From: Macrostomum lignano
Lineage: Eukaryota
Assembly: GCA_002269645.1 (NCBI GenBank)
Contig: NIVC01002171.1
Coordinates: forward strand, 1 to 64,000
Length of the DNA: 64,000 nucleotides
Direction of reading: 5' to 3'
Under the pieces are notes generated by a model. That model searched no databases. It saw only the letters and a list, made by a program, of their open reading frames with translations, and was not told the origin of the DNA. The translations under genes were made by a program, and so were the position numbers. Shown here piece by piece: positions 33,441 through 47,697 of the stretch. Positions within the stretch are counted from its first letter, which is position 1, and the number at the start of each line of letters is the position of its first letter.

Positions 33441-33924
33441 TGTCCTGGCTACTCGGGGTGTTAAAAGGGGGCGAGGGCCGCTAGTCACTGCACATGTCAC
33501 AACCAGTCTCAACCAAAACCCTCCGAGCTCAGGTAGCCACGGATATCCGCCTGTGGCTCATGGACTACTTATCGGATGAGCTGCTGCCCCAGCTGCGCCG
33601 CCTCATCAACACCCTGGTGAGCCGGGCGGAGTCGGAGACCGGCGTGCTCATGCCGGGCTACACCCACCTGCAGCGGGCCCAGCCGGTGCGCTGGTCCCAT
33701 TGGCTGCTCAGCTACGCCTCCATGCTGCGCAGGGACTGCCAGAGACTGGCCGACTGCCGGGCCGCCCTGGCCGGGAATCCCTTCGGGGTGGACAGGCAGG
33801 CGTTGGCCGGTAGGGCGAGGGAATCGGAGCTGGGGAATCGGGGTTTGGGGAATTCGGGTGTGGGGGATTAAGGCGTGCGGAATTGGGAATAGGGAAATTG
33901 GGAATTGGGTATTGTCTGTAATTC

Positions 33925-34197
33925 TTAGATTCGTGAACAGGTATTCCCAGAATCGTGAGCAGGTATTCCTAGGATCGTGAACAGGTATTCTTAGAATCGA
34001 GAACAGGGTATTCCTGAAATCGTGAACTGGTATTCTTAGAATAGTGAATAGGTATTCTTGGAATCGTGAACAAGTATTCTTATAATCGTGAACAGGTATT
34101 CTTAGAATCGTTAGCAGGTATTCTCAGAATCGTCAACAGGTATTCTCAGAATCGTCAACAGGTATTTTTAGAATCGTGAACAGGTATTCTTAGAATC
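33925..34197. repeat. 22-bp minisatellite in the ASL intron
   Basis: (gaatcgtgaacaggtattctta)n. Confidence 0.9.
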
Positions 34198-34893
34198 AAA
34201 TAAATAAAGCTTAAGATCAACATTTATGGCGAAAACCAACGCGTTTCAACCCACTAGGGCGGTCGTCAGGGTATATTTTATCACTGAACGAAACACTCAA
34301 TATAAATAAGCAAACGATTGTACTATCTCAAGTGTCAAATTGAAAACGGGAGGGTAACCAATTTACGAAAAACATAAAAAACTGGGGGTTGGAGTTAAGC
34401 GAGAATAATGAGGGAGAGAGAGAGAGAGAGAGAGCAAACAGATGTAAAAAAACAAAATGTACGCGCAAAAAAAACTAGTCAAACTCAAAACACCCTAAGA
34501 AGGTGGCCCGCACCACTATGTAGCAACTGCATATTGAGACTGGGATTTTGAGCTTTGATGTGCAGCGCTTCAAGAATGCTAAGCTTGAATTCAGAGTTAG
34601 CACGGTCGATAATTTTAAACAATTCAATCTGTTCTCTGTCACAGCAGCCCTTGCATTCCAGAAGGTGGTCCTGGATAGCAGATTTTTTCAGCCAATGCTC
34701 CCTAACTCTGGTGTGCAGGTGTCTTTTGGTTTTTCCCACGTAAGAGATATTCTGATCTTAAGAACAACAAAATTTATAGACGACACCTGCATCTAGAAAA
34801 AACTGGTCTTTCGTTCAGTGATAAAATATACCCTGACGACGGCCCTAGTGGGTTGAAACGCGTTGGTTTTCGCCATAAATGTTGATCTTAAGC
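34198..34893 (-). mobile_element. 5'-truncated Penelope-like element with GIY-YIG C-terminus and inverted pLTR
   Basis: ORF 34485-34739 (GKTKRHLHTRVREH...ILEALHIK..NPSLN); ~95-bp inverted repeat at 34198-34293 and 34808-34903. Confidence 0.85.
34828..34868 (+). ncRNA. Minimal hammerhead-like ribozyme motif (second copy at 34233-34273, minus strand)
   Basis: CTGACGA-c-(g/c)gccc tagt gggtt-GAAAC GC GTT; minimal hammerheads are known from Penelope pLTRs. Confidence 0.55.
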
Positions 34894-35168
34894 TTTATTT
34901 ATTTGCTATTAATTAAGCGAGCAACTCTACCACAATTCTTAGAATCGTTAACAGGTATTAACCAGCCCCATCAAAAATCCCAGACGCCCTCGGCTTCACC
35001 TCTGGGGTCACCTGGAACAGTCTGGACGCCGTGGCGGACCGCGACTTCGCCTCGGAGTTCCAGTTCGCAGCCGCCATGCTTGGCAACCACCTGAGCCGCC
35101 TCGCCGAGGACCTGATCCTCTTCTGCAGCAAGGAGTTCGGCTTCGTCACGCTGTCGGACGCGTACAGC

Positions 35169-35200
<32 letters not shown>

Positions 35201-35572
35201 CGCGGACAGTCTGGAGCTCATCCGCGGCAAAACCGGACGGCTGTGCGGCCACCTGGTGTCCCTGCTCATGGTGCAGAAGTCCCTGCCCAGCGCCTTCAAC
35301 AAGGACCTGCAGGAGGACAAGGAGGGCTTGTTCGACTCAGCTGACACCGTGTCAGCCGTGGTTCGAATCGCCGACGGTGCACCCGGAGGCCTGCGCCGGC
35401 GCCCTCAGCTGCGACGTGCTGGCCACCGACCTGGCCTACTATTTGGTGCGCCGCGGGGTGCCGTTCAGGGAGGCCCACGCCGCCTCCGGGCGTTGCGTGG
35501 CGCTGGCCGAAGCCAAGGCGTGTCAGCTGCACCAGCTGACCTTTGAGGACTTCCGGACTGTCAGGTGAGCAG

Positions 35573-35751
35573 CTGACTGACTGACTGACTGACTGACTGA
35601 CTGACTGACTGACTGACTGACTGACTGACTGACTGACTGACTGACTGACTGACTGACTGACTGACTGACTGACTGACTGACTGACTGACTGACTGACTGA
35701 CTGACTGACTGACTGACTGACTGACTGACTGACTGACTGACTGACTGACTG
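35573..35751. repeat. (CTGA)n microsatellite
   Basis: Pure tetranucleotide array. Confidence 0.98.
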
Positions 35752-38700
35752 TCCCCAATCGTCCCGCAGCGACACATTCGGCGAAGAAGTCACCCAGCTG
35801 TGGGACTTTGAGACAAGCGTTGAGCAGTACGGCGCCTTCGGCGGCACCGCCCTGGAGTCCGTTCGCCAGCAGGTGGCTGCCTTCAGGCGGTGGCTGGGGA
35901 CGAGCAGAAGTGACGAACGAGATGATTGAAACAGAAACTTTCTGACAACTGCAATATTTAGCTGAATTAGGCAAATCACTGCAGGTATCATCGCGTTTCT
36001 GCTAGCTCTATGAGTACTAATAAAATTGCATGCAGTTCATCACGATTCACTGGCATGATAAATGCGAATCTTCAGGCCAACTGGTATGCGGAATTCTGCT
36101 TTATTCTTAGGTTCAACCATTTTCTGCTGAAATTTTCTAATCATTTTTTATGGTGTGCGATTCTTATTGCTGATTTCGAATGGTTATATGACCTTAATTG
36201 TTCACCTGATTTACAACTCCTAACCTTTATCTTCATTGAGACGAGAAGAGATTTTAAGAGTGAAAACATAAGATATGGATGAACCGCCTCACTGACTGAC
36301 AGACCGAAAGACAGACAGGCAGACACTGGGACAGGCAGGGACAGGCAGGGCCAGGCAGAGACTGGGACAGGCAGACACTGGGACTGGCAGACACTGGGAC
36401 TGGCAGACACTGCGACAGACAGACACAAACAGAAACACAGCCAGCTTTGCAAAGACAAGCGATTGCCTGTCGTCTGTCACCATTGATTGCCTTATGAATC
36501 GCAGTGTTCGAGCTCGAATGTGCAATTCCAATCATCCATATTTACCATAGCGCAGCGAATTCTGAATTGCTGATTTAATTTTGCTTAATAATCTCTTATT
36601 CTACACGCTGTTTACAGATCAGTTTGCCAGCAGTTGACTTGGATCGATGCCTCAGGCTCTCTTGAGTCAATCCTGCCCATTTCGCGGACTCCTTGGTCAC
36701 ACCAATACTGTACGCAAGCACACACAGGATGTACAGCGGCCCTGACTTTCTGATCGTCAGGCTTGTACACTCGGCGAATCGCACGACAATAATTGGGCGA
36801 GTTGCGTCGTTGGACGCAACTCCGACATTTTGCGGGCTGTTAGTTCGATTTCGGGCCAAAATTCATGAAATGCACTTTCGGTCCGACTTTGAACCGTTTA
36901 GGACATGATTTTCACCCTAGAAAGTCGGCTGGCTGTCTGAGACTTTTGTACCAATCTGTACCAATTTGTACCAATGCCAAGTATAGAATGAGTATCAGAA
37001 TAGGGTGCACTTTCGGATCATTTCAAGAATTTGGGGACAGGCCAATGGCGTAAGGGTGACTAGTATCGTAGTATCGTAGCAAAGATAAGTTTGCAGAGAG
37101 CGCAACTGACAGTGCATGGTGGAATGACACCATTGCCAACAATCGGGATTGCCTCCAGAGGGACTGTCTGTCCTTAAATTTGAAAAATTAAATTCTCTGC
37201 AACACTAGCACAGCATGTTATGTTTCCCCCGCTATCCCATAACAGCAGCACCAAGACCATTGCGGCTCAAGTCTATGCCCCACCAAAATAATGTTTTCGA
37301 CAAACTTGCGATTTCTTAAATCTCTTGAATTTTTGCACCATTCTTTTAGTTGCTTTTCTTACAGCGACTTGAAAAATCTTAAATACCTCTACCTCAGTGC
37401 TTTTCACATTCTCCGTTGTTCGTTCTCCGGAATTCGTGCCGAAGTCGGTCCTACTGATACAGTTGAATGTCGATGAAAATCGGAGAGAAAAGTTTGTGCA
37501 TGATTCGTGCTATTTTTTCGTTTAAAATCGACCCGACGATACCGACCATAAAAAAGATGGTCTCGGCCTGATTTTCCGTCTCTTGTGTCGGTCAGTCAAA
37601 AAATTAAAGTCGGAGTTGCGCCCCAATGGAGCGTCTGTGAACTTTTGTCGCACAAGCCTCAACCTTATATGACCGCGCACAAGGGGGTGTTTCTCGAAAC
37701 TCACGTAAATTATATGGTAAGTTAGATCGTAAGAAAGAAATTTACGTGTAGCGTAAGTTTGCTCGTAAGACGCTTTCTCAAAACTCACTTAGACTTTGCG
37801 TGGCTTACGCTGTTCGTAAGTCGTATCTGAAACGAAAAGTTGCATGTCTATGGTCATAAATCTGTAAATATCTTTACTTTGTCTATCGTAAGTTGCTTTC
37901 GAGAAAGACCCACCTTCGATAAAGTTTAACTTGACTTGGCTTGACTAAAGCTTCACGTACTATGCGATTAGTGCTTAAGTGCGTCTTACGACTGATACCG
38001 AGCAGTCGTAGGGTTAAGATCAACCTTACGAAAGACCATAGACATACGAACGTTTCGAGAAACAGTCTTTTGCGCAAAGTTACGAACTCGTAAAGTTGCG
38101 ATCAATCTTACGCATAGCTAACTTGCGAGCCCTTCGAGCAACCCGTAAGTGTAGCTTACCCAACTTACGTCTATGGTCGATCGTAAGTTGCTTTCGAGAA
38201 AGACACCCCAGAATGGAAGCAAGGCTCGTGGTGTGAGAGCCTGACACGCCCGGTGGCTGCAGCAGCTCCTGCTCTGCTCTGCTGGTGGGCAGCAAAACTC
38301 GGTCCGGAAGATGCAGAGCTGGAAGCCCTGTAAAAAGTCCTCAATTTATTTCGGTTAAAAAATCACAGAAAACTTCAAGTCATGTTACACACGCTGGAGA
38401 AGAATTGTCATCAGCCTGATGAGCCGCCAGGATCACTCTCGGGCTCCGCTCTCCGCTCAGGCGGTAACAAGCGTATTTGATGCCTCTGGGCCTTTTGATG
38501 CGGCACAGCAGAGTTTGGAATATTTTATTGAACAAAATTGATCAGTAAGCCTGTGTTTCCTTCGTGCAACTGGGCATCCCTCGACTCCCAGTGTTGCATG
38601 CACCTGACTCTTCGGGACGTTTCATTAAAAAATAATTGCTTTGTTCTACATTCCGTTAAGCAACACCATTGCGCAGTGGGCGAATGCTGCTTACATTTGA

Positions 38701-39235
38701 CTAACTGAGTCCCAAGCTTTTTAGCTGATAAAAAAATTTTTTTCTCATTTATTTCTTCCGAAAAATTTTAAAATCTTCAGAGCTTCAGTCTGTCCTATTC
38801 ATGCATCGCCACTCTGCTCTATCATCTCTAACTCACGAACTGAGCGCTGCAGTAGAATTAAATTCATTTATTGATGCAAACTGACGGTGGGCCTTGTGGC
38901 TTCGACAACACCTGCGCAACCGATAATAGATCTCGACTAAAGCTCATGCATCTGTGAGCAGCTGCTGCAAGCTTGATGTTGCAGTGAAAAAGCAATTTGA
39001 GGCTCCGAATGATCTCACAGCTCACTGATTCTGAATAATCACAGAGTTAATGTATGGAGCTGATGGATTTCAATCCGACTAATGCATCATCTGACAGAGC
39101 TCTGTTTACCGATATGCAAGCCGCTGCCTGCTGAGAGTCTCCATGGCAACGCATCAATAAGGCTGCTGTTATTTAGCCTCTCTCTCGCACAGAGATTCGG
39201 CAATCTTCTGCCAAACTGACAAACCCAGCCTGGCC

Positions 39236-40063
39236 ATGCCTCTCTGCCGGATCCTCTGCGCTGCTCCGATCCTGAGCTGCCTGATCTGCGCCGCTCTCTG
39301 CCGGGAGTTCCAGATCTCGGACCTCGGCTGCTTCGTTGACGGCACGAATGGCGTGAGAGACGTCGGTGGCATGAAGAACATCGGCCTCACACGGATCGGC
39401 AGCTCCGAGGTATCTCAGATATACGATTCTATCAACTGCGGTCAGATGACTCGCGAGGTGTGCAGCAGCGCCTGCGCTCTGGGCGGCTTCCAGTTCGCGG
39501 CTCTGCAGGCCGCGTACTGGTGCCACTGCGGCAACTCCTACGGGTCGCAGGGCGCTGCTCCTTACTGGGAGTGCAGCGATACCTGCAGTGGAAACTGGGG
39601 CCAGAACTGCGGAGGTATGTGGCGAAACCGGGTGCTCCGGCTGAGCTACACCAACGGTGAGTTGCTGCTGCTGGTGGCCACTTGTTTAATTTTTGGTCTT
39701 CGTATGTTGCTGCATTGGATTTTGGCGACAGACAAACAAACTTTTAAGCAGACAATCAGATGCCTTTCAGTGTGGCTCAACTCAACTCAACTTCAAATTA
39801 TTTCATTGCAAATCGAAGGTAATGACTTCTTTGTTCGCGGCAACCGGAATTTCGTCGAACTCAACAACCCTGATGCGCCGAACTTTACGACTGTGAGCGC
39901 TCCGAGTCGGATCCAGTGCGTGTCTCTGTGCTCCAGTAAAAGTTCCGGTTGCCAGGCGGTGATCTTCAGCCAGCAGCAGCGCCTGTGCCACCTGCTGGAG
40001 TATGCTGCGGTCCCGGCCGCCTTCAGCAGCGAAAGCAGCGGCGACTTCTTTGTCCGTGGCTGA
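39236..40063 (+). CDS. Secreted WSC + PAN/apple domain protein, copy 1 (intron 39657-39818)
   Basis: Hydrophobic leader; WSC pattern CSSAC..GFQFAALQ..YWCHCGN...C...CSGN..QNCGG..RN; PAN pattern C...C...CQAV.F...RLCHL; GT-AG intron in phase. Confidence 0.8.
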   Translation: MPLCRILCAAPILSCLICAALCREFQISDLGCFVDGTNGVRDVGGMKNIGLTRIGSSEVSQIYDSINCGQMTREVCSSACALGGFQFAALQAAYWCHCGNSYGSQGAAPYWECSDTCSGNWGQNCGGMWRNRVLRLSYTNGELLLLVATCLIFGLRMLLHWILATDKQTFKQTIRCLSVWLNSTQLQIISLQIEGNDFFVRGNRNFVELNNPDAPNFTTVSAPSRIQCVSLCSSKSSGCQAVIFSQQQRLCHLLEYAAVPAAFSSESSGDFFVRG

Positions 40064-41084
40064 GTGCGAATGAAGCGGATGCTGGTGCAGCTGAGCAGAG
40101 CAGACGAGCTGTAAGAACCGAAATTTAGAGGCAAATCAAAACAAACAGTGTCAACTAGCAAGCATACCTAAGCCTACTCAAAGACTTTAAAGTACTCAAA
40201 AGTACTCAAAGTACTAACAGCTGTAGACGTCTGCGTCTGAAATCAACTGGCCGAAATTGAACGCAAACCTATTTTTGCTTCTCATCCGAAAATGCTAAAC
40301 CTTTTTTACTTTTACCAAAATGTTTCAATGTACTTTCCTTTATAATCTTTGCGAATGCACTTCTGTGTGTTAGGCATTCGATTTCTGCTTTTGTTCTGTT
40401 AATTGTTGATTAGAACAGAGTAGTTTTGCGTGCAATCGGATACTTTTTGTCAGGATTCAAAACCAGAGAAATTGATTGGCGTGTTATAGTTATTTATTGC
40501 CTTTGGTTCCCTCTCAAACAGCAGCTTTGTAATCTTTTGAAGACTCAACTGTCCTGCTACTCGGATACAAGCGGCTGGCCGCCGAATTCTGCACACCTTC
40601 AGTTTTTTGCAAAGGACACAGGATTTTACATTTCTTTTTTGAAGCCCGAAACTTACGAGTACTCACCTTTCAATGCACTTTTTGATTCAATTTAATTTAG
40701 TGGTTCGTACTGGTGAAATTTATTTAGTCAAGACAGAATTGCGAACTTATTATTTGAAGTACTTTTTGTATCAATATAATTCCTCAGTTCATTGCAATGA
40801 AAGTTTTTAGTCATTTGCGGACTTCCTCCTATTGTTTTTCTGACACTGAGAGTTGATATTTTAACATAATCGCTAATCATCAATCACTAAACTACCAGGT
40901 AATTCTACTCCTGCAAGCTTTGCAAGCGCTACTAACTACAGTAGCTTCACACAGTTATTAGAAGAAAAATTCTGTAAATCGATAAGGACAGCGAGGACAA
41001 AAGAGCTGAGGCTGGGGTGCCGCATGCAACGTGGCGATGAAGGTAACAGAAGTACTCGACAGTGAGTCATGAAATGGAGCAGCC

Positions 41085-41275
41085 GTTCGCCAGAGCAGCC
41101 GTTCGCTAGAGCAGCCGTTCGCCAGAGCAGCCGTTCGCCAGAGCAGCCGTTCGCTAGAGCAGCCGTTCGCCAGAGCAGCCGTTCGCTAGAGCAGCCGTTC
41201 GCCAGAGCAGCCGTTCGCTAGAGCAGCCGTTCGCTAGAGTAGCCGTTCGATAGAGCAGCCGTTCGCTAGAGTAGC
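41085..41275. repeat. 16-bp minisatellite
   Basis: (gagcagccgttcgc[c/t]a)n. Confidence 0.9.
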
Positions 41276-41351
41276 GAGGGCCAACTTACTCCAGCCAGGA
41301 TTGGGAACTCATTTAGTCAAATGTAAGAAACAGTCCACCACTGCGCAATGC

Positions 41352-42002
<651 letters not shown>

Positions 42003-43610
42003 TAAAAATAGCAAAAATGTCAGAATAGAATATATATATTAACATAGAATACGCATCATAAAGTTCGACTTAATCAGCAACGAGAACCTGCAGCGGACCA
42101 ACCCAAAGCCCAGCAGGCCAAAGCAGCCATCCAGCTTCGTCGGCCCAATCGATACGGAAGAGCGGGAGCTTCAGCCACATCGGCTGCATTTGGCGCGGCT
42201 GCAAGTTCCGACATGTCTGCTCCTTCTGCTACGAGTCCACCAGCGCCAGATCTGCTCGTCAAAAACTAAATTGTTGCTGACTGAGGCTTTCAACTCGCAG
42301 CGCAGCTCGGCTGGCTGACGATAAAGTCAAACTCCCACCACTCTCCAACTGGCCCTTTTCAATGCCCCTCGAGTACATCGCCTTTTCTACTGACCTCGCT
42401 AAAGCTACTTGGAAAGATTAACTGACTGCTGAATAGCATCCGCTACGACTTCCGACTCCGCAACCTGATATGCTGGACACAGCTGCAGCAACGTCGGAAT
42501 TTCATAACTATTCCTCAGCGAACACCCAACGTAAAGCTGGTTGAGTATCAGGTGCGGCAGCAGTTGCTTTATGTGACCGCGCACGGAATGGAAGCAGGGC
42601 TCGTGGTGTGAGAGCCTGACACGCCCGGTGGCTGCAGCAGCTCCTGCTCTGCTCTGCTGGTGGGCAGCAAAACTCGGTCCGGAAGATGCAGAGCTGGAAG
42701 CCCTGTAAAAAGTCCTCAATTTATTTCGGTTAAAAAATCACAGAAAACTTCAAGTCATGTTACACACGCTGGAGAAGAATTGTCATCAGCCTGATGAGCC
42801 GCCAGGATCACTCTCGGGCTCCGCTCTCCGCTCAGGCGGTAACAAGCGTATTTGATGCCTCTGGGCCTTTTGATGCGGCACAGCAGAGTTTGGAATATTT
42901 TATTGAACAAAATTGATCAGTAAGCCTGTGTTTCCTTCGTGCAACTGGGCATCCCTCGACTCCCAGTGTTGCATGCACCTGACTCTTCGGGACGTTTCAT
43001 TAAAAAATAATTGCTTTGTTCTACATTCCGTTAAGCAACACCATTGCGCAGTGGGCGAATGCTGCTTACATTTGACTAACTGAGTCCCAAGCTTTTTAGC
43101 TGATAAAAAAATTTTTTTCTCATTTATTTCTTCCGAAAAATTTTAAAATCTTCAGAGCTTCAGTCTGTCCTATTCATGCATCGCCACTCTGCTCTATCAT
43201 CTCTAACTCACGAACTGAGCGCTGCAGTAGAATTAAATTCATTTATTGATGCAAACTGACGGTGGGCCTTGTGGCTTCGACAACACCTGCGCAACCGATA
43301 ATAGATCTCGACTAAAGCTCATGCATCTGTGAGCAGCTGCTGCAAGCTTGATGTTGCAGTGAAAAAGCAATTTGAGGCTCCGAATGATCTCACAGCTCAC
43401 TGATTCTGAATAATCACAGAGTTAATGTATGGAGCTGATGGATTTCAATCCGACTAATGCATCATCTGACAGAGCTCTGTTTACCGATATGCAAGCCGCT
43501 GCCTGCTGAGAGTCTCCATGGCAACGCATCAATAAGGCTGCTGTTATTTAGCCTCTCTCTCGCACAGAGATTCGGCAATCTTCTGCCAAACTGACAAACC
43601 CAGCCTGGCC

Positions 43611-44438
43611 ATGCCTCTCTGCCGGATCCTCTGCGCTGCTCCGATCCTGAGCTGCCTGATCTGCGCCGCTCTCTGCCGGGAGTTCCAGATCTCGGACCTC
43701 GGCTGCTTCGTTGACGGCACGAATGGCGTGAGAGACGTCGGTGGCATGAAGAACATCGGCCTCACACGGATCGGCAGCTCCGAGGTATCTCAGATATACG
43801 ATTCTATCAACTGCGGTCAGATGACTCGCGAGGTGTGCAGCAGCGCCTGCGCTCTGGGCGGCTTCCAGTTCGCGGCTCTGCAGGCCGCGTACTGGTGCCA
43901 CTGCGGCAACTCCTACGGGTCGCAGGGCGCTGCTCCTTACTGGGAGTGCAGCGATACCTGCAGTGGAAACTGGGGCCAGAACTGCGGAGGTATGTGGCGA
44001 AACCGGGTGCTCCGGCTGAGCTACACCAACGGTGAGTTGCTGCTGCTGGTGGCCACTTGTTTAATTTTTGGTCTTCGTATGTTGCTGCATTGGATTTTGG
44101 CGACAGACAAACAAACTTTTAAGCAGACAATCAGATGCCTTTCAGTGTGGCTCAACTCAACTCAACTTCAAATTATTTCATTGCAAATCGAAGGTAATGA
44201 CTTCTTTGTTCGCGGCAACCGGAATTTCGTCGAACTCAACAACCCTGATGCGCCGAACTTTACGACTGTGAGCGCTCCGAGTCGGATCCAGTGCGTGTCT
44301 CTGTGCTCCAGTAAAAGTTCCGGTTGCCAGGCGGTGATCTTCAGCCAGCAGCAGCGCCTGTGCCACCTGCTGGAGTATGCTGCGGTCCCGGCCGCCTTCA
44401 GCAGCGAAAGCAGCGGCGACTTCTTTGTCCGTGGCTGA
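43611..44438 (+). CDS. Secreted WSC + PAN/apple domain protein, copy 2 (intron 44032-44193)
   Basis: Same ORF translation as copy 1. Confidence 0.8.
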   Translation: MPLCRILCAAPILSCLICAALCREFQISDLGCFVDGTNGVRDVGGMKNIGLTRIGSSEVSQIYDSINCGQMTREVCSSACALGGFQFAALQAAYWCHCGNSYGSQGAAPYWECSDTCSGNWGQNCGGMWRNRVLRLSYTNGELLLLVATCLIFGLRMLLHWILATDKQTFKQTIRCLSVWLNSTQLQIISLQIEGNDFFVRGNRNFVELNNPDAPNFTTVSAPSRIQCVSLCSSKSSGCQAVIFSQQQRLCHLLEYAAVPAAFSSESSGDFFVRG

Positions 44439-47400
44439 GTGCGAATGAAGCGGATGCTGGTGCAGCTGAGCAGAGCAGACGAGCTGTAAGAACCGAAATT
44501 TAGAGGCAAATCAAAACAAACAGTGTCAACTAGCAAGCATACCTAAGCCTACTCAAAGACTTTAAAGTACTCAAAAGTACTCAAAGTACTAACAGCTGTA
44601 GACGTCTGCGTCTGAAATCAACTGGCCGAAATTGAACGCAAACCTATTTTTGCTTCTCATCCGAAAATGCTAAACCTTTTTTACTTTTACCAAAATGTTT
44701 TAATGTACTTTCCTTTATAATCTTTGCGAATGCACTTCTGTGTGTTAGGCATTCGATTTCTGCTTTTGTTCTGTTAATTGTTGATTAGAACAGAGTAGTT
44801 TTGCGTGCAATCGGATACTTTTTGTCAGGATTCAAAACCAGAGAAATTGATTGGCGTGTTATAGTTATTTATTGCCTTTGGTTCCCTCTCAAACAGCAGC
44901 TTTGTAATCTTTTGAAGACTCAACTGTCCTGCTACTCGGATACAAGCGGCTGGCCGCCGAATTCTGCACACCTTCAGTTTTTTGCAAAGGACACAGGATT
45001 TTACATTTCTTTTTTGAAGCCCGAAACTTACGAGTACTCACCTTTCAATGCACTTTTTGATTCAATTTAATTTAGTGGTTCGTACTGGTGAAATTTATTT
45101 AGTCAAGACAGAATTGCGAACTTATTATTTGAAGTACTTTTTGTATCAATATAATTCCTCAGTTCATTGCAATGAAAGTTTTTAGTCATTTGCGGACTTC
45201 CTCCTATTGTTTTCTGACACTGAGAGTTGATATTTTAACATAATCGATAATCAGCAATCACTAAACTAATTCTACTCCTGCAAGCTTTGCAAGCGCTGTT
45301 TCATTAACTGGTTACTAACTCTTTTAAGGCTTATTAAGCCGTTAATACCCATGTGAATGTTACAGTAACTATATTTTTTTACGTTTTAATTACAAAGTTT
45401 AGCCTTTCAACAACAACGCTTAATCTGTTTTGCATACTTGTCCTGTTCATTTACTACAATGAACAACTGTATCTGCTTGTAACTATCTATACTTCGAGAT
45501 TTGTGTGTCGTCTGAAACGAAAGAGTTGATAGTTTTAGCGCGAGTTACAAACGTACAAATATTACAAACTCAATAAAAGTTTACAACCGCAACAAATTCA
45601 CGGGGCGCTTTCATTAGGCAAAAATTTCACTTTGCTGAAAAGCACTCTCTTTCACTAGGCCGAAACTTCACATTGCCAAAAAACCATTTTAGCAGCCCCT
45701 TTCAATACGCCGAACCTTATGGAAGAGCGTGCTCGGCAATGTGAAGTTCCTCTGTCCTCTCTACATTCCTCTATACCCTCTATCCTCTCTAGCCTCTCCT
45801 CTCTACCCTCTCCTCTCTACCCTCTCTTCTCTACCCTCTCTCTTCTCTAGCCTCTCCTCTCTACCCTCTCTCCTCTCTCCCTACTTCCTTTTTCTCTTCC
45901 TTCTCTCCTCTCCTCCCTCTCTCCCTTCTCTCGTCTTTTCCCTCTTTTCTCCTCTTGTCTTCTTTCTTATCTCATCTCTCTCTGTCTCTCATGTTTCATG
46001 AGCTTGCGCTGAATTTTTCATCTGGCCCTTGAGGAAAAAAGTTTGCCAGCCTCTGGGTTAAAGCTTTGAGTCAGCTTTGCTTCTCGCAGCGCAGCACAGC
46101 GAGCCAATAGGTCGGATTCCCTGGCTCTTACTTCCCTGGCTAATTTAGACTGCCATAACTTTGCCCCAAATAAATATATTTATTTCAAACTTGAGTCGAT
46201 TGCGCCTTGATATGTTTTCTGTCCTAACATGGAGTCTCAGCTTCATAACTCAATCAGGACAGGACAGAAACTATGAGCATGTGAAGTTTGCCTGATTTTT
46301 ATCTATTCTTTCGCTTGTGGAGCAGTAGAGCAGTTAGAGAAAACAGGGAAACAGAGAAAGCTATAGAAAACAGGGAGAGAGGAGAGATGAAAAAGGCAGT
46401 AGACAAGAAGACAGATAGAGCAGCAGAGAGGACAGATGAAAGGGATGCAGGGCAGATGCAAGAGAGGGAGGATGAAAAAAGGGTACAGCGGAAGAGAAGA
46501 CAGGGATAACAGAGTGAGAGTATAGACAGATCGAAGGGGGGGAGGGAGATCAGTGTGAACAAAGGGAGAGAGGGAGAGTAGACAGATAGAAGGGACTGTG
46601 GGCAATAGGGTGGAGAGGACAGATGGAGAGAAAAAGAGACAGTAGAATCCTGCTGAAATAAACCGACGGAATCGAACTGGTAGACCTTGTTTGGTTTTTC
46701 CTAACTTCTGTTGCATTAGCTATTTAAATATTTTTTGTTAGATTTTAAATCAAAGAAGCAAAAGAGATACAGGGTCCAAATTCTGTGGGTTTAAATTCCA
46801 GCTGTTAAAACAGCGTGTTTTCACCAAAACAAAATATCTAAACAATCAATAGTTAGTTTTGCCTGCAGAGAAATATCCAAGCTGCGCAACGGCATCCTGG
46901 AATAAAAAATCTGCGATTTTAGTGGGCACTACTCAAAGCTGTAACAGCTGCTGCAGCATTTTTCAGATCATTGATTATGGATTTCTGGCCAACAGCATGA
47001 AGTCAAGCATTGCAGACACTGCTTGTAGTTTCACCCAGTGAGGAGCCCTTAATTCTACTGCTAAGGGGCATTTTAAGCCGGCATGTTCGATCAGCAGGTT
47101 TAGCAGCAATTTAAAATAGATGGCAAAGACAAGCCCGCTTTTCGGGAATGTGGAGTGAATTTACAATTAATTGCATTTAGAATAGTCGAGAAGTTTCAAT
47201 TTATGAGTTGTTCTAAAGAGGACATTTGTACAACTTTCCGAGTAGAGAAGGATTTCTTAAGTTGCGAAGTGAAGTCTGCCTTAGAGTAACTGGCTTGTAT
47301 TTCCTTGCTCCCTGTCTGGGGATGGACGTGCAATGAATTTGACATTAATAACTTATTATTGGCAGATTTAAATTATTCGCACTTCGTGCAAGTGAATGCC

Positions 47401-47697
47401 GCGTCCTCCAGGTGGTCAAGACGGTGAGCCGTTCTTCACTTCTGCGGCGTGATGTGTAATTTACATTTACACAAACAGACGGGGGCCTGTTGGCTTTGAC
47501 GCAATGGCGGCAGCCAACGGATTCCAATCAGGAATCATGCAACTGTGCAAATCCGTCACGGGTTCTGTATTGAAGGCCCATTGTCTCTGTGTTAGCAAAT
47601 ATAATGCGCTTCACACAGCTGTGATAAGGCCTCTCGCTGCGAATCCGCTCTCTCTCTCTCTCTACTCTGAGTCCGAACTCCGCCAATTTCTCTGAAA

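Larger units (their letters stand above)
33533..35929 (+). pseudogene. ASL: Argininosuccinate lyase, partial copy with small deletions (exons about 33533-33810, 34980-35564, 35770-35929)
   Basis: [12 protein letters not shown], the [10 protein letters not shown] signature, NKDLQEDKE and [14 protein letters not shown]. The usual LGSG segment is missing, there is a frameshift near 35380, and no upstream exons were found. Confidence 0.85.

Noticed and set aside
33925-34197. Short tandem arrays (also 16110-16440, 41085-41275, 59840-60610, 62515-62870) as CRISPR arrays
   Set aside because: Head-to-tail repeats without unique spacers, no cas genes, eukaryotic context
33533-35929. Bacterial argH acquired by horizontal transfer
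   Set aside because: It has spliceosomal introns, and ASL is a normal animal gene
38415-38470. CTGATGAG followed by a stem (also at about 42790) as a hammerhead ribozyme
   Set aside because: The stem is followed by TAAC, not the required GAAA
42405-42719. Possible phosphatase-like exon (LPHLILNQLYVG)
   Set aside because: The similarity is too short and no catalytic motif is visible
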